From NCBI GenBank assembly GCA_045545095.1, contig JAZQAG010000049.1, positions 1,213 to 65,212 on the forward strand: a stretch of 64,000 nt of DNA, written 5' to 3'. The notes under the pieces were generated by a model, which was not told where the DNA came from, did not search any database, and saw only the letters and a list, made by a program, of their open reading frames with translations. Shown here in pieces: positions 55,465-64,000 of the stretch; the first letter of the stretch is position 1, and each line of letters starts with the position of its first letter. The stretch comes from Phocaeicola sp. Lineage in GTDB: Bacteria; Bacteroidota; Bacteroidia; Bacteroidales; Bacteroidaceae. Both the position numbers and the translations under genes were made by a program.

Positions 55465-55926
55465 ATGAAAAAGACGATTTGCATACTGGCAGCCTTGCTG
55501 ATGATGGCAACGGACGGGATGGCACAGACGGTGAACGGACTGTTCAACAAGTTTGAAGACAAACCGGGCGCCGAATGTACCAACATGGCTCCGCTGCTGA
55601 TGGGTATCATCAAGACGTTTGCAGCGAAGAAATCAGAGAAAGGAGAGATGATAAAAAGCATCAAGTCCATCAAAGTGCTGGACTTGGAGGACTGTACGCC
55701 CGAGGTGAAACAGGAATTTGCCCAAGAAGCCAAAAGACTGAAACCACAGGGTATGGAACTGCTGATGCAAGTGAAGGACGAAGGCAAGAACGTCTGCATC
55801 TGGGGAAAAACCAAGAAGGAGACAATACGCCAACTGGTGGTAGTAACGGACGAAGAACTGGTGAAGATTAAAGGCAAGTTCAACCTGAGCGAGATTGCCC
55901 AGATAATAAGCATCAAGCGGAAGTAA
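55465..55926 (+). CDS. DUF4252-like secreted protein
   Basis: Signal peptide MKKTICILAALLMMATDGMA. The size and its position flanking an ECF sigma gene are typical of DUF4252. Paralogous pattern to 56953-57426. Confidence 0.6.
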   Translation: MKKTICILAALLMMATDGMAQTVNGLFNKFEDKPGAECTNMAPLLMGIIKTFAAKKSEKGEMIKSIKSIKVLDLEDCTPEVKQEFAQEAKRLKPQGMELLMQVKDEGKNVCIWGKTKKETIRQLVVVTDEELVKIKGKFNLSEIAQIISIKRK

Positions 55927-56441
55927 TGGATACGAGGGAGTTCAAACAGAGATTCCTGCCGCTGCACACACGGCTCTACCGGGCGGCCTTCCGCCTGATG
56001 GGGAATGCGATGGATGCAGAGGACATGGTGCAGGAGGCTTACCTGAAACTGTGGGAACGGCGCAACGACCTCGGCCATGTGGCGAACATGGAGACCTACT
56101 GCACAAGCCTGATCCGCCATCTCTGTCTGGACGCACTGCGACGCACACACCCCGAAGAGGAGGATAGTCCGCCACCCGAGGAACTGCCCCTGACGGATGG
56201 GGGCAATGCCGCTACAGCCCTGGAACGACAGGACGAAGCGGAGCAACTGACCCGCCTCATCGGCCGACTGCCCGAGGGACAACGCACGGTGATGACGCTG
56301 CACGATGTGGAGGGATGCTCATACGAAGAGATTGAAAAGGCCACCGGCTTTACGGCCGTCAACATACGGGTGATGCTGAGCCGGGCCAGAAAGAAAGTAC
56401 GCGAACAATTTCAGATAATAATGAACTATGGACAGAGATAG
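55926..56441 (+). CDS. ECF-type RNA polymerase sigma factor (paralog of 30388-30879)
   Basis: DAEDMVQEAYLKLW and EGCSYEEIEKATGFTAVNIRVMLSRARKK. The start overlaps the upstream stop (TAATG). Confidence 0.85.
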   Translation: MDTREFKQRFLPLHTRLYRAAFRLMGNAMDAEDMVQEAYLKLWERRNDLGHVANMETYCTSLIRHLCLDALRRTHPEEEDSPPPEELPLTDGGNAATALERQDEAEQLTRLIGRLPEGQRTVMTLHDVEGCSYEEIEKATGFTAVNIRVMLSRARKKVREQFQIIMNYGQR

Positions 56442-56946
56442 AATCCAAACACTGCTCGACCGCTTCTTTGACGGAACAACCACACGGGAGGAGGAGACCC
56501 TGCTGATGCAATACTTCACACAGGAGGAGAATGTGCCCGGGGAATGGGAGGCAGAGCAACGGATGTTCCGCCAGCTGGCCGAAACACGCCACACACTCCC
56601 CCCCGTGCCGCAAGGGATGGAAGAACGGCTAATGACGCATATCGGCGAATGGGCAAAAAAAGAGTCGCACACACCACGCCTACAGTCGCGGAAAGCAAAC
56701 CGATGGTGGATAATCGGGACGGCGGCCTGTCTGCTGCTGGCCGGAGGCATCGGACTGAAGATGATGCAGCAACCGGCAGAACAGGAATCCCTCACCCCCG
56801 AAGCGGCATACGCAGAAACGGAACGGGCGCTGCATATGTTTGCCCACACTCTGAACAAAGGTGTGGAGCAGATGGCCAACGCCCAGCAAACCACCCTACG
56901 GATGCAAGAGAAAATAAACAGAACGTTGAACCAGATAAACCAATAA
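56428..56946 (+). CDS. putative single-pass anti-sigma factor
   Basis: Overlaps the sigma gene 3' end. The N-terminus LLDRFFDGTTTREEETLL parallels the 30955-31440 protein. One TM (WWIIGTAACLLLAGGIGL). Confidence 0.5.
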   Translation: MDRDRIQTLLDRFFDGTTTREEETLLMQYFTQEENVPGEWEAEQRMFRQLAETRHTLPPVPQGMEERLMTHIGEWAKKESHTPRLQSRKANRWWIIGTAACLLLAGGIGLKMMQQPAEQESLTPEAAYAETERALHMFAHTLNKGVEQMANAQQTTLRMQEKINRTLNQINQ

Positions 56947-56952
56947 AGAGTT

Positions 56953-57426
56953 ATGAAACGACTGATAATCCTTATTGTAACAGTATTCACATTGGGCCTT
57001 CCCGCCACGGTGCAGGCCAAGACTTTCGACTTCGACAAAATGGCAGAAATAGAGGGGGTCACTTCGGTGCACATCTCCAAGGCGATGTTCAAACTGCTGT
57101 CCGGCATGGGCCTCAAGGCTAACGGCATCGACTTGCAAAGCGTCATGCCCAAACTGGAGAGCCTCCAAATCATCACTTGCGAGAAACCTGGAATTATACC
57201 TTTATTAAAAAAGGAGGCCGAAGCCTTCTCCACCAAAGAGGGATACGAGGAACTGATGCGGGTGAAGGAGGACAACTCGCACACCGTCATCCTGCAAAAA
57301 CAGCATGAGAACAAGCCCAATGAATATGTATTGGTAAACATCGAAGGGAACGAGGACTTCAACCTCATCCTTATGAAGGGGACGCTGACGCTGGAGGAGT
57401 TACAGCAGTTGGCCGGAAAGAAATAA
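56953..57426 (+). CDS. DUF4252-like secreted protein
   Basis: Signal peptide MKRLIILIVTVFTLGLPATVQA. FDFDKMAEIEGVTSVHISKAMFKLL is typical of DUF4252. Confidence 0.6.
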   Translation: MKRLIILIVTVFTLGLPATVQAKTFDFDKMAEIEGVTSVHISKAMFKLLSGMGLKANGIDLQSVMPKLESLQIITCEKPGIIPLLKKEAEAFSTKEGYEELMRVKEDNSHTVILQKQHENKPNEYVLVNIEGNEDFNLILMKGTLTLEELQQLAGKK

Positions 57427-57443
57427 AAAGGAACAACGAAAAA

Positions 57444-57500
57444 TCAGGCGCGGACTACGCGGATGAAGGAACAATTCCAATCCGTGTAGTCCGCGCCTGA
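57444..57500. terminator. 20-bp-stem hairpin between convergent genes (REP-like, related to 58087-58137)
   Basis: tcaggcgcggactacgcgga pairs with tccgtgtagtccgcgcctga, with one G-T pair. The loop is 17 nt. Confidence 0.6.
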
Positions 57501-57505
57501 CTCAT

Positions 57506-58060
57506 TTACTCAGCACCGGAGAAAGCTGATTTCTCCAACCGGAAATCTATCAGAGTGGCGCTGGTGTGCATGACAAGCCACTCTGCCCAAGCCGCCGGGG
57601 ACGCCTGCCATGACCAGGACGTCATGGGTCCCGCATCGAATGTGCGGACCTCACTGCCATCGTCGTTGGAAAGAGTCACCGAAATATCTTGTCCGTAACT
57701 GAGCGCATAGGCATACTTTGTCAGTTCGGGAACATCATCCTTGCGCTCCATGCGCACGATGCACACAAATTCGTCAGGGGCTTCAGCCAACGGGAGGGGG
57801 ACTGCGGAATAGGTCCATTCACTACCCCTCAGCGTATCAATGTGCAACTGGCCGGCAATATCCTTATAAGCAATCACAAAGTGATAGAAATCTCTGACGT
57901 CTTCACCTGCCGAGAATGCGTAATTGACTTGGAAGGTTGTGAACTCTACAACCTCTTCCTTGTCGGCAGGAGGTTCTTCGCCGATAACGATGCGCTCGCC
58001 ATCGTTGTCGCAAGCGACGAGAGAGAGTGTAGCCAAGGCAGCAAGAATGAATTTCCTCAT
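57506..58060 (-). CDS. lipoprotein of unknown function
   Basis: MRKFILAALATLSLVAC lipobox from the ATG at 58060. No family recognised. Confidence 0.55.
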   Translation of the reverse strand: MRKFILAALATLSLVACDNDGERIVIGEEPPADKEEVVEFTTFQVNYAFSAGEDVRDFYHFVIAYKDIAGQLHIDTLRGSEWTYSAVPLPLAEAPDEFVCIVRMERKDDVPELTKYAYALSYGQDISVTLSNDDGSEVRTFDAGPMTSWSWQASPAAWAEWLVMHTSATLIDFRLEKSAFSGAE

Positions 58061-58086
58061 GATGTGTTTCTGATGTGATAAATGTT

Positions 58087-58137
58087 TTGGCACGGATTAA
58101 CGCGGAGTCTTATCATAACCCGTGTAATCCGCGCCAA
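58087..58137. repeat. REP-like imperfect hairpin sharing the GCGCGGAYTA core with 57444-57500
   Basis: ttggcacggattaacgcgg ... ccgtgtaatccgcgccaa. Confidence 0.5.
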
Positions 58138-58166
58138 ATTTTATTACGTTGTATCGCGTCTGATTA

Positions 58167-60572
58167 TTACTTCGTCTGCAACTTCGTCTTCACAGTCTTG
58201 AAGTCGTCGCACTCGGTAATGAGGGTAATCTCACCGGGAGTCTGACCGGCACGGAGGATGACAAGAGCCGAACCGTGGAAGAGGTCGCGCTCGGGCACAG
58301 CATGGAGTTCGTGAGAAACGATGTTGCCATTATCTACAGCTACAATAGCGGCATCACCCTCGACCCGGAAACGGAGATGGCTGTTCACATCGGGCACACG
58401 GCGTCCCTTGCTGTCAACGGCATACACGCGCAAGTGCTGGAGGTCCATACCGTCGGCCTTCCAATTGCTGTTGTCAGGCTCTACGACGAGTTTCTTCACC
58501 TTACCGGTTGTCTCGATACGATGGCGGGCAATGACCTTGCCGTCTTTGTAAGCACGTGCTTCCAAGTAACCGGGAGCGTACTTCACATTGTTCCAACGGA
58601 TGCGGTTGCGGTCGCGACCGTTCGTGTTCGGCTTCTTGCCAAGGCTCTTGCCGTTCAGTATCAGTTCCACTTCGTCGCCATTGGTATAGGTCTGGAGTGA
58701 AAGTTCCTCACCGTCCTTGTGGTTCCAGTGGTCGTTCATGCGGGCTACGCCTGTCTGCACACCGTTCCACATGCGGTCTTCCTCGCTTTCCACGATACCG
58801 ATGTGTACCAACGGCTCGTCGCTGAAGAAGCTCTTCAGGAAGTAGGCAATGGGTTTGGGTTGGAGGGAAATGTCGAACACACCCTGTGCCCATCCCTTGG
58901 CAGGCCATCCGCCGCTCTCGCCCAAGTAGTCGATCTGTCCCCAGTAGGCCAATCCGATAACCTTGTCGAGATCCATCTCAAAGAAGTTGGGGCCCATGTT
59001 GCTGGTGTTGGCTTCGCTCTGATAGAACTTCATGTGCGGGAAGTTTTTGCTGTCGCCGGGGAAGTACATGTAGCGGTAGTTGTAGGAGGCAATGTCAGTC
59101 TCGTGTACAAGGGGAGCGGGCAATGAATCGGTGTCCATGTGACGGCCACGGGGATGCATGGCTACGGTGATGAGGCGTGTATTATCGTAACGCTTCAACA
59201 GTTCGCGCTGCATGCGGTAGGGAGTCACACCCCAGTCGGCATGAGGCAGGTGCCAATAGGTCTGCAACTCATTACCAAGGCTCCAGAACACTACAGAGGG
59301 GTGGTTGCGGTCGCGCTTGATCCACTCGGGAATATCCTTCTGCCACAACAATGCCCAAGGAGCACGGCCACCGCAATACTGGTCGAGCCACTTGTCATAA
59401 AGTTCATCCACAACAAGGATACCGTACTCATCGCACAGGTCCATGAAGTCTTCACTATAGGGGTTATGGGAAGTACGGATGTGGTTCACACCAAATTCCT
59501 TGAGGAGCTGGATGCGCTTTTCGATGGCACGCGGATAGGCTGCTGCACCAAGAGCACCCAATGAATGGTGGTTGGCAATACCCTTCAAAAGGACTTTCTT
59601 ACCATTGAGTTTCATACCGTATTCGGGAGAGAACTCTACGGAGCGTACTCCGAAACGCTCTGACACCTGGTCGGCCACTTTGCCATCGGCATGGAAGACT
59701 GTCACTTGAGCGGTATAAAGGTGGGGTGTTTCGCAATCCCACAATTTGGGATTCTGCAACTTGATGTCATCGAACTTGTATTCATAAGTGCTCTGACGGC
59801 GCTTGAACTCCTGCATCTTGCGGGCCACCTCATTACCCTCGGCATCGGTGATGACAACCTCGGCCTTGACAGCTTGTCTGTTGTAGCAAGCCACCTCGGC
59901 CTGTATGGAAACTGTAGCTTCGGCTGCAGACACCTGAGGAGTCGTAATATAGAGAGGATGACGCATCAGATAGACCTTAGGATCAGTGATGACTACATCC
60001 ACATCGCGGAAGAGTCCGCCACCGGTGTACCAACGTGAGTTGTTGGGCTCGCGTGTATCGGCTTTCACGGCCAAAACATTTGGTTCACCATACTTCAACA
60101 GTTTGGTGACATCAATCTCAAAACCTACGTAACCATAATCGGTTCCACCGACGAGGCGGCCATTCAGATAGACATCGCCTACATACATGATACCTTCGAA
60201 GTCCAATACGACACGATTGCCTTTCCAACTCTCATCGGGAGTAAAGGTCTTACGGTACCAACCAATACCCATTTCTTTAAATCCACGGCTACTGAGACGG
60301 CTGCGGATGTTGGCACCCGGGTCACTGTTGTCAGCCCGTTCGCTGGCATCAGGAGCCACCCACGGCTGTTCAATCTGAAAGTCGTGAGGCACATTCACCG
60401 TACGCCACTGGCTGTCATCAAACTGAGGTTGCTCAGCACCGGCAACATCGTCCAGCACAAAGCGCCAGCCATAATTAAAACTCTCGATTTTCCTTCCTTC
60501 AGCGGAAGCCTGTACGGCAAATCCCAAGAAGAGAATTGCCAAAGAGAAAAATAGTTTTTTCATGTTTGTCAT
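58167..60572 (-). CDS. glycoside hydrolase family 2 (beta-galactosidase/beta-glucuronidase-like)
   Basis: GVNHIRTSHNPYSEDFMDLCDEYGILVVDE and HPSVVFWSLGNE (acid/base region). Signal peptide. An alternative ATG at 60563 gives MKKLFF. Confidence 0.85.
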   Translation of the reverse strand: MTNMKKLFFSLAILFLGFAVQASAEGRKIESFNYGWRFVLDDVAGAEQPQFDDSQWRTVNVPHDFQIEQPWVAPDASERADNSDPGANIRSRLSSRGFKEMGIGWYRKTFTPDESWKGNRVVLDFEGIMYVGDVYLNGRLVGGTDYGYVGFEIDVTKLLKYGEPNVLAVKADTREPNNSRWYTGGGLFRDVDVVITDPKVYLMRHPLYITTPQVSAAEATVSIQAEVACYNRQAVKAEVVITDAEGNEVARKMQEFKRRQSTYEYKFDDIKLQNPKLWDCETPHLYTAQVTVFHADGKVADQVSERFGVRSVEFSPEYGMKLNGKKVLLKGIANHHSLGALGAAAYPRAIEKRIQLLKEFGVNHIRTSHNPYSEDFMDLCDEYGILVVDELYDKWLDQYCGGRAPWALLWQKDIPEWIKRDRNHPSVVFWSLGNELQTYWHLPHADWGVTPYRMQRELLKRYDNTRLITVAMHPRGRHMDTDSLPAPLVHETDIASYNYRYMYFPGDSKNFPHMKFYQSEANTSNMGPNFFEMDLDKVIGLAYWGQIDYLGESGGWPAKGWAQGVFDISLQPKPIAYFLKSFFSDEPLVHIGIVESEEDRMWNGVQTGVARMNDHWNHKDGEELSLQTYTNGDEVELILNGKSLGKKPNTNGRDRNRIRWNNVKYAPGYLEARAYKDGKVIARHRIETTGKVKKLVVEPDNSNWKADGMDLQHLRVYAVDSKGRRVPDVNSHLRFRVEGDAAIVAVDNGNIVSHELHAVPERDLFHGSALVILRAGQTPGEITLITECDDFKTVKTKLQTK

Positions 60573-60712
60573 TAAATAGTTATATATTATTTTGTTCTGT
60601 TTGCCATTAAATCCTATATTCTAAAAGGCTGTGAATAAAATATCCTTGCAAAGATAATGGATAATTCCTATTCCATTTGTGTGAATAAACACATTTTATG
60701 GTTTTATGACAG

Positions 60713-60750
60713 AAAAAGGGAGTCCCATAACTCCAAGTCATGGAATTCCC
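60713..60750 (-). terminator. rho-independent terminator downstream of 60777-61262
   Basis: Minus strand: gggaattccat...atgggactccc followed by ttttt. Confidence 0.6.
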
Positions 60751-60776
60751 TCTTTCATGTTAGGTCTATTTACCTG

Positions 60777-61262
60777 TCATCTCACTAAATCCTGAGGATA
60801 TTCAGCCGGCATTTCTACCCTTCGCCAAGTTTCATAATGCCACGCATCTATCACATTTCCCTGCGGATCCTCTTTCACAAAGAACTTCACAGACATTACA
60901 TTTTCATCTTCGCTGAGGGTAAAGTGCAAATCATTATCCAAACCTTCCAACATTGGGAGATGAATGTTTTTCTTCACACTCTCACGAAGGATATTGTTCT
61001 TGACCTTGTAAGTCCCTTCACCTGTTATGATGGCACCACGACCAGGTATCACTGTAAAGTTCGTAATGTGTCCGTCTTTAGAAAGAATCTTGAATGTATT
61101 ACCGGCACGCAATGAAGTGGGACCATCCTGGGCGCCAGAAATATAAAAACACAATTGCCAGATACCTTCCAAATCTGCTTTACCTTTTTTTTGTCCCCAA
61201 GATACAGTTGGCATCAGACTAAGCAATGCAACAACCAATGCTACCAAATTCAATCGTTTCAT
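60777..61262 (-). CDS. small secreted lipocalin-like protein (DUF4488-like)
   Basis: Signal peptide, then the LEGIWQLCFY motif common in lipocalin-like Bacteroidota proteins. The family call is tentative. Confidence 0.45.
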   Translation of the reverse strand: MKRLNLVALVVALLSLMPTVSWGQKKGKADLEGIWQLCFYISGAQDGPTSLRAGNTFKILSKDGHITNFTVIPGRGAIITGEGTYKVKNNILRESVKKNIHLPMLEGLDNDLHFTLSEDENVMSVKFFVKEDPQGNVIDAWHYETWRRVEMPAEYPQDLVR

Positions 61263-61357
61263 AATGGTATAGTTTAAAGTTTATTAATCTCCAATACAAA
61301 TGTATCGAATTAAGATGAAATGACAAATATTTTTGGCTGTTTATTAAAAGTCAAACA

Positions 61358-61404
61358 TAAAAAAAGGCTCATTTATACCTTTTTTAGGATAAATGAGCCT
61401 TTTA
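61358..61404 (-). terminator. rho-independent (bidirectional-looking) terminator downstream of asnS
   Basis: Perfect 13-bp stem aaggctcatttat/ataaatgagcctt, flanked by an A run and a T run. Confidence 0.75.
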
Positions 61405-61446
61405 TATTCACAACTTTGGCATGTAGACAAAGCAATCTATCGATTA

Positions 61447-62850
61447 TTAGAATTCTGCATTACGCGGTGTACGTGGGAAAGGAATGACATCGCGAATATT
61501 AGTCATACCCGTAACAAACAGCAACAGACGTTCAAACCCAAGACCGAAACCTGCATGGGGACAAGTTCCATACTTGCGGGTATCAAGATACCACCACATA
61601 TCCTTCATAGGGATATTCAGTTCATTGATACGGGTCATCAGTTTATCGTAGCTCTCTTCACGAACACTACCACCGATAATTTCACCGATCTGCGGGAAGA
61701 GGACATCCGTACCCTGAACCGTCTTTCCATCCTCGTTCTGCTTCATATAGAATGCCTTGATTTCCTTCGGATAGTCTATCATGATGACCGGTTTCTGGAA
61801 ATATTCCTCCACCAAATAACGTTCATGCTCGCTGGCAAGATCGCATCCCCAATATACGGGGAACTCAAACTTACGTCCCTTGGCGATAGCATCCTCCAAG
61901 ATCTTAATACCCTCAGTATAAGGCAAACGCACAAAATCGGCCTTCACTACGCTCTGCAAACGTTCAAGAAGTCCCTTATCCACCATTTTATTAAGGAATT
62001 CCAAATCATCCTTACAATTCTCCAATGCCCAATTGACACAATACTTAATGAACTCTTCTTCCAAATTCATCAATTCGTCAAGATCAGCAAAGGCAACTTC
62101 AGGTTCTACCATCCAGAACTCTGCCAAGTGACGGGGAGTATTGGAATTCTCAGCACGGAACGTCGGACCAAATGTATAAATGGCACCCATTGCCGTAGCA
62201 GCCAACTCACCTTCCAATTGGCCTGAAACTGTAAGGCTTGCTTGTTTACCGAAGAAATCATCATCGTATATGATGGAACCATTCTCATCCTTCTTCAGGT
62301 CATAGAGATTCATTGTAGTCACCTGGAACATCTGTCCGGCACCCTCACAGTCTGAAGCTGTAATGATAGGTGCATTGAAATAGAAGAATCCCTTTTGGTG
62401 GAAGAAGTTATGGATGGCCATAGCCATGTTGTGGCGGATACGATAAACAGCACCAAACGTATTGGTACGTGGACGAAGGTGAGCTATCTCACGCAGGAAT
62501 TCCATGGAATGTCCTTTCTTCTGGAGCGGATAGGTGTTGTCGCAAGTACCCAACACCTCAATCTCACGCGCCTGAATCTCTGCAGCCTGTCCGGAACCTA
62601 CAGATTCTACCAATTCACCATTCACACTCAAGCAGGCACCTGTAGTAATCAGCTTCAACATCTCTTCATCGAAGTTGGCCACATCCACCACAATCTGTAC
62701 ATTGTTAATGGTCGAACCATCATTCAAAGCAATGAAGTTCACTTGCTTACTTCCACGGCGGGTACGCACCCAACCTTTCACATTGACCATAGCACCGAAG
62801 TCCGTACGCTTCAACAGGTCAACTATCTTTGTTCTGCAAATCTTTTCCAT
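61447..62850 (-). CDS. asnS: asparagine--tRNA ligase
   Basis: 467 aa. Class II aaRS motifs ([29 protein letters not shown]) and the AsnRS N-terminal OB pattern. Confidence 0.93.
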   Translation of the reverse strand: MEKICRTKIVDLLKRTDFGAMVNVKGWVRTRRGSKQVNFIALNDGSTINNVQIVVDVANFDEEMLKLITTGACLSVNGELVESVGSGQAAEIQAREIEVLGTCDNTYPLQKKGHSMEFLREIAHLRPRTNTFGAVYRIRHNMAMAIHNFFHQKGFFYFNAPIITASDCEGAGQMFQVTTMNLYDLKKDENGSIIYDDDFFGKQASLTVSGQLEGELAATAMGAIYTFGPTFRAENSNTPRHLAEFWMVEPEVAFADLDELMNLEEEFIKYCVNWALENCKDDLEFLNKMVDKGLLERLQSVVKADFVRLPYTEGIKILEDAIAKGRKFEFPVYWGCDLASEHERYLVEEYFQKPVIMIDYPKEIKAFYMKQNEDGKTVQGTDVLFPQIGEIIGGSVREESYDKLMTRINELNIPMKDMWWYLDTRKYGTCPHAGFGLGFERLLLFVTGMTNIRDVIPFPRTPRNAEF

Positions 62851-62881
62851 ATAATATTCTCTCTTTATGGTATTTGTTCAT

Positions 62882-64000
62882 TTATGCAAATGCTCCCATA
62901 CGTAACATATTCACTTCCTGCTCTGTAAGGAAGCGCCAGTCGCCACGGCGCAGATTCTTCTTAGTCAAGCCTGCAAAAAATACACGGTCAAGTTTCGTTA
63001 CACGATAACCTAATGATTCGAAAATGCGGCGTACAATACGATTCTTGCCGGAATGGATTTCTATACCAACCTGTTTCTTATCCGTTTCATGAGCATAACT
63101 GATAGCATCGGCATGTATTTCTCCATCTTCCAATGTAATACCTGCAGCAATCTGATCAAGATCTGCCTTGGTCACATTTTTGTCACAATAGACATGATAG
63201 ATTTTCTTCTTTAAATATTTTGGATGGGTCAACTTAGAAGCCAAATCACCATCATTAGTAAGCAACAAGACGCCTGTTGTATTACGGTCCAAGCGGCCTA
63301 CCGGATAAATACGTTCAGCACAAGCTCCCTTTACCAAATCCATTACGGTCTTACGCTCCTGAGGATCATCAGAAGTTGTCACACAATCTTTAGGCTTATT
63401 CAGCAAAATATAGACTTTACGCTCTGCGCTCACCAATTGATCATGGAATTTAATCACATCTGTGCGCAAAACCTTGGTTCCCAACTCTGTAACTACCTCT
63501 CCATTGACAGAAACCACACCAGCTGCAATAAATTCATCCGCTTCACGACGTGAGCAGATTCCAGCATTGGCCAAATATTTATTCAAACGAACTGGAGCAT
63601 TGGGGTCTGCCAAAATCTCTTTATACTCAATCTGCTTTTTGCGACTGTACTTGGCATTGGGATTATAATCTGATGTACGACGACGCTGACCACCTTGCTG
63701 ACCTGAATAAGGATGATTTCCACTATTTCCATTGAAATTTGGACGACGTTTAGGCCTTTCTGCACCATACGAACCATTCAAATTGTCACTTTGCCAAGAA
63801 CGCTCATCACCATTGTTATTGTTATAACGAGGACGAGTATAACCTTGAGACTTTTTGTCGTATGTCGGACGATATGGACGGCTATCACCATTTCCGCTAT
63901 TATCATACGAACGTTGAGGACGCGCAAACTTAGGGGTATAAGAACCCTCTCCCCTACCATTTACACGAGTAAAACGTGAACGTTGTTGAGAATCTCCACC
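62882..64000 (-). CDS. rluB: pseudouridine synthase RluB/RsuA family with a long low-complexity N-terminal extension; 5' end beyond the window
   Basis: S4 domain (VRLNKYLANAGICSRREAD) and catalytic RIYPVGRLDRNTTGVLLLTNDG. The frame stays open, without an ATG, from 63781 to 64000 (my own translation), so the TTG at 63781 is probably not the start. Confidence 0.85.
   Translation of the reverse strand, partial: GGDSQQRSRFTRVNGRGEGSYTPKFARPQRSYDNSGNGDSRPYRPTYDKKSQGYTRPRYNNNNGDERSWQSDNLNGSYGAERPKRRPNFNGNSGNHPYSGQQGGQRRRTSDYNPNAKYSRKKQIEYKEILADPNAPVRLNKYLANAGICSRREADEFIAAGVVSVNGEVVTELGTKVLRTDVIKFHDQLVSAERKVYILLNKPKDCVTTSDDPQERKTVMDLVKGACAERIYPVGRLDRNTTGVLLLTNDGDLASKLTHPKYLKKKIYHVYCDKNVTKADLDQIAAGITLEDGEIHADAISYAHETDKKQVGIEIHSGKNRIVRRIFESLGYRVTKLDRVFFAGLTKKNLRRGDWRFLTEQEVNMLRMGAFA

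Noticed and set aside
55305-57368. Two long minus-strand ORFs (332 aa and 349 aa) opposite the DUF4252/sigma/anti-sigma operon. Overlapping ORFs also occur at 30335-30894 and 33456-34421.
   Set aside because: The plus-strand genes have clear sigma-70 motifs, signal peptides and overlapping start/stop coupling. The antisense frames are Ser/Arg/Cys-rich and best explained by locally high GC.

Overview
The window looks like a Bacteroidales chromosome segment, probably Prevotellaceae-like. Three things support this: type IX secretion genes porU-porV, several TAnnTTTG-type -7 promoter boxes, and no Shine-Dalgarno sequences. About 60 CDS, two tRNA-Asn genes and no rRNA, CRISPR, integrase or transposase were found.

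Gene content by position:
- 1-8.2 kb: housekeeping genes and T9SS (S41 peptidase, tRNA-Asn x2, rnhB, ispF, porV, porU, FAH).
- 8.4-17.1 kb: uronic-acid and pectin CAZymes (GH28, T9SS-secreted PL1, GH115) packed together with SUI1 and mnmD.
- 17.2-20.3 kb: rplM-rpsI-rpsB-tsf.
- 20.6-30.3 kb: two paralogous lyase-like multidomain proteins, GH88, and a membrane-tethered AraC-type sensor.
- 30.4-33.4 kb: an ECF sigma module.
- 33.5-37.4 kb: a BASS transporter, ubiE-menA, DUF554 and DUF1349.
- 37.5-41.4 kb: tatC-tatA, a Tat-exported Fe-S aldo/keto reductase and a NapH-NapG-like fused polyferredoxin.
- 41.8-54.5 kb: six TlpA-like thioredoxin-fold paralogs, interrupted by an AAA+/nuclease-like ATPase and a tripartite HipB-HipS-HipT-like module.
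- 54.7-57.4 kb: an HU-like gene and a second ECF module.
- 57.5-64 kb: a lipoprotein, GH2, a lipocalin-like protein, asnS and rluB.

Most interesting observations:
1. A putative quinol-to-periplasm electron module (NapH-NapG fusion with an internal twin-arginine signal, plus a Tat-exported AKR) lies next to tatAC and is divergent from the TlpA array.
2. Phased palindrome arrays occur upstream of hipB (41-bp spacing) and upstream of the HU-like gene (21-bp spacing).
3. A 193-bp leader cassette is duplicated, and a shared palindrome precedes three TlpA genes.
4. Degenerate 6-8 nt tandem repeats recur at gene junctions inside operons. One heptamer tract lies inside the signal-peptide coding region of a secreted protein.

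All calls come from reading the sequence and the supplied ORF track. No database search was run.
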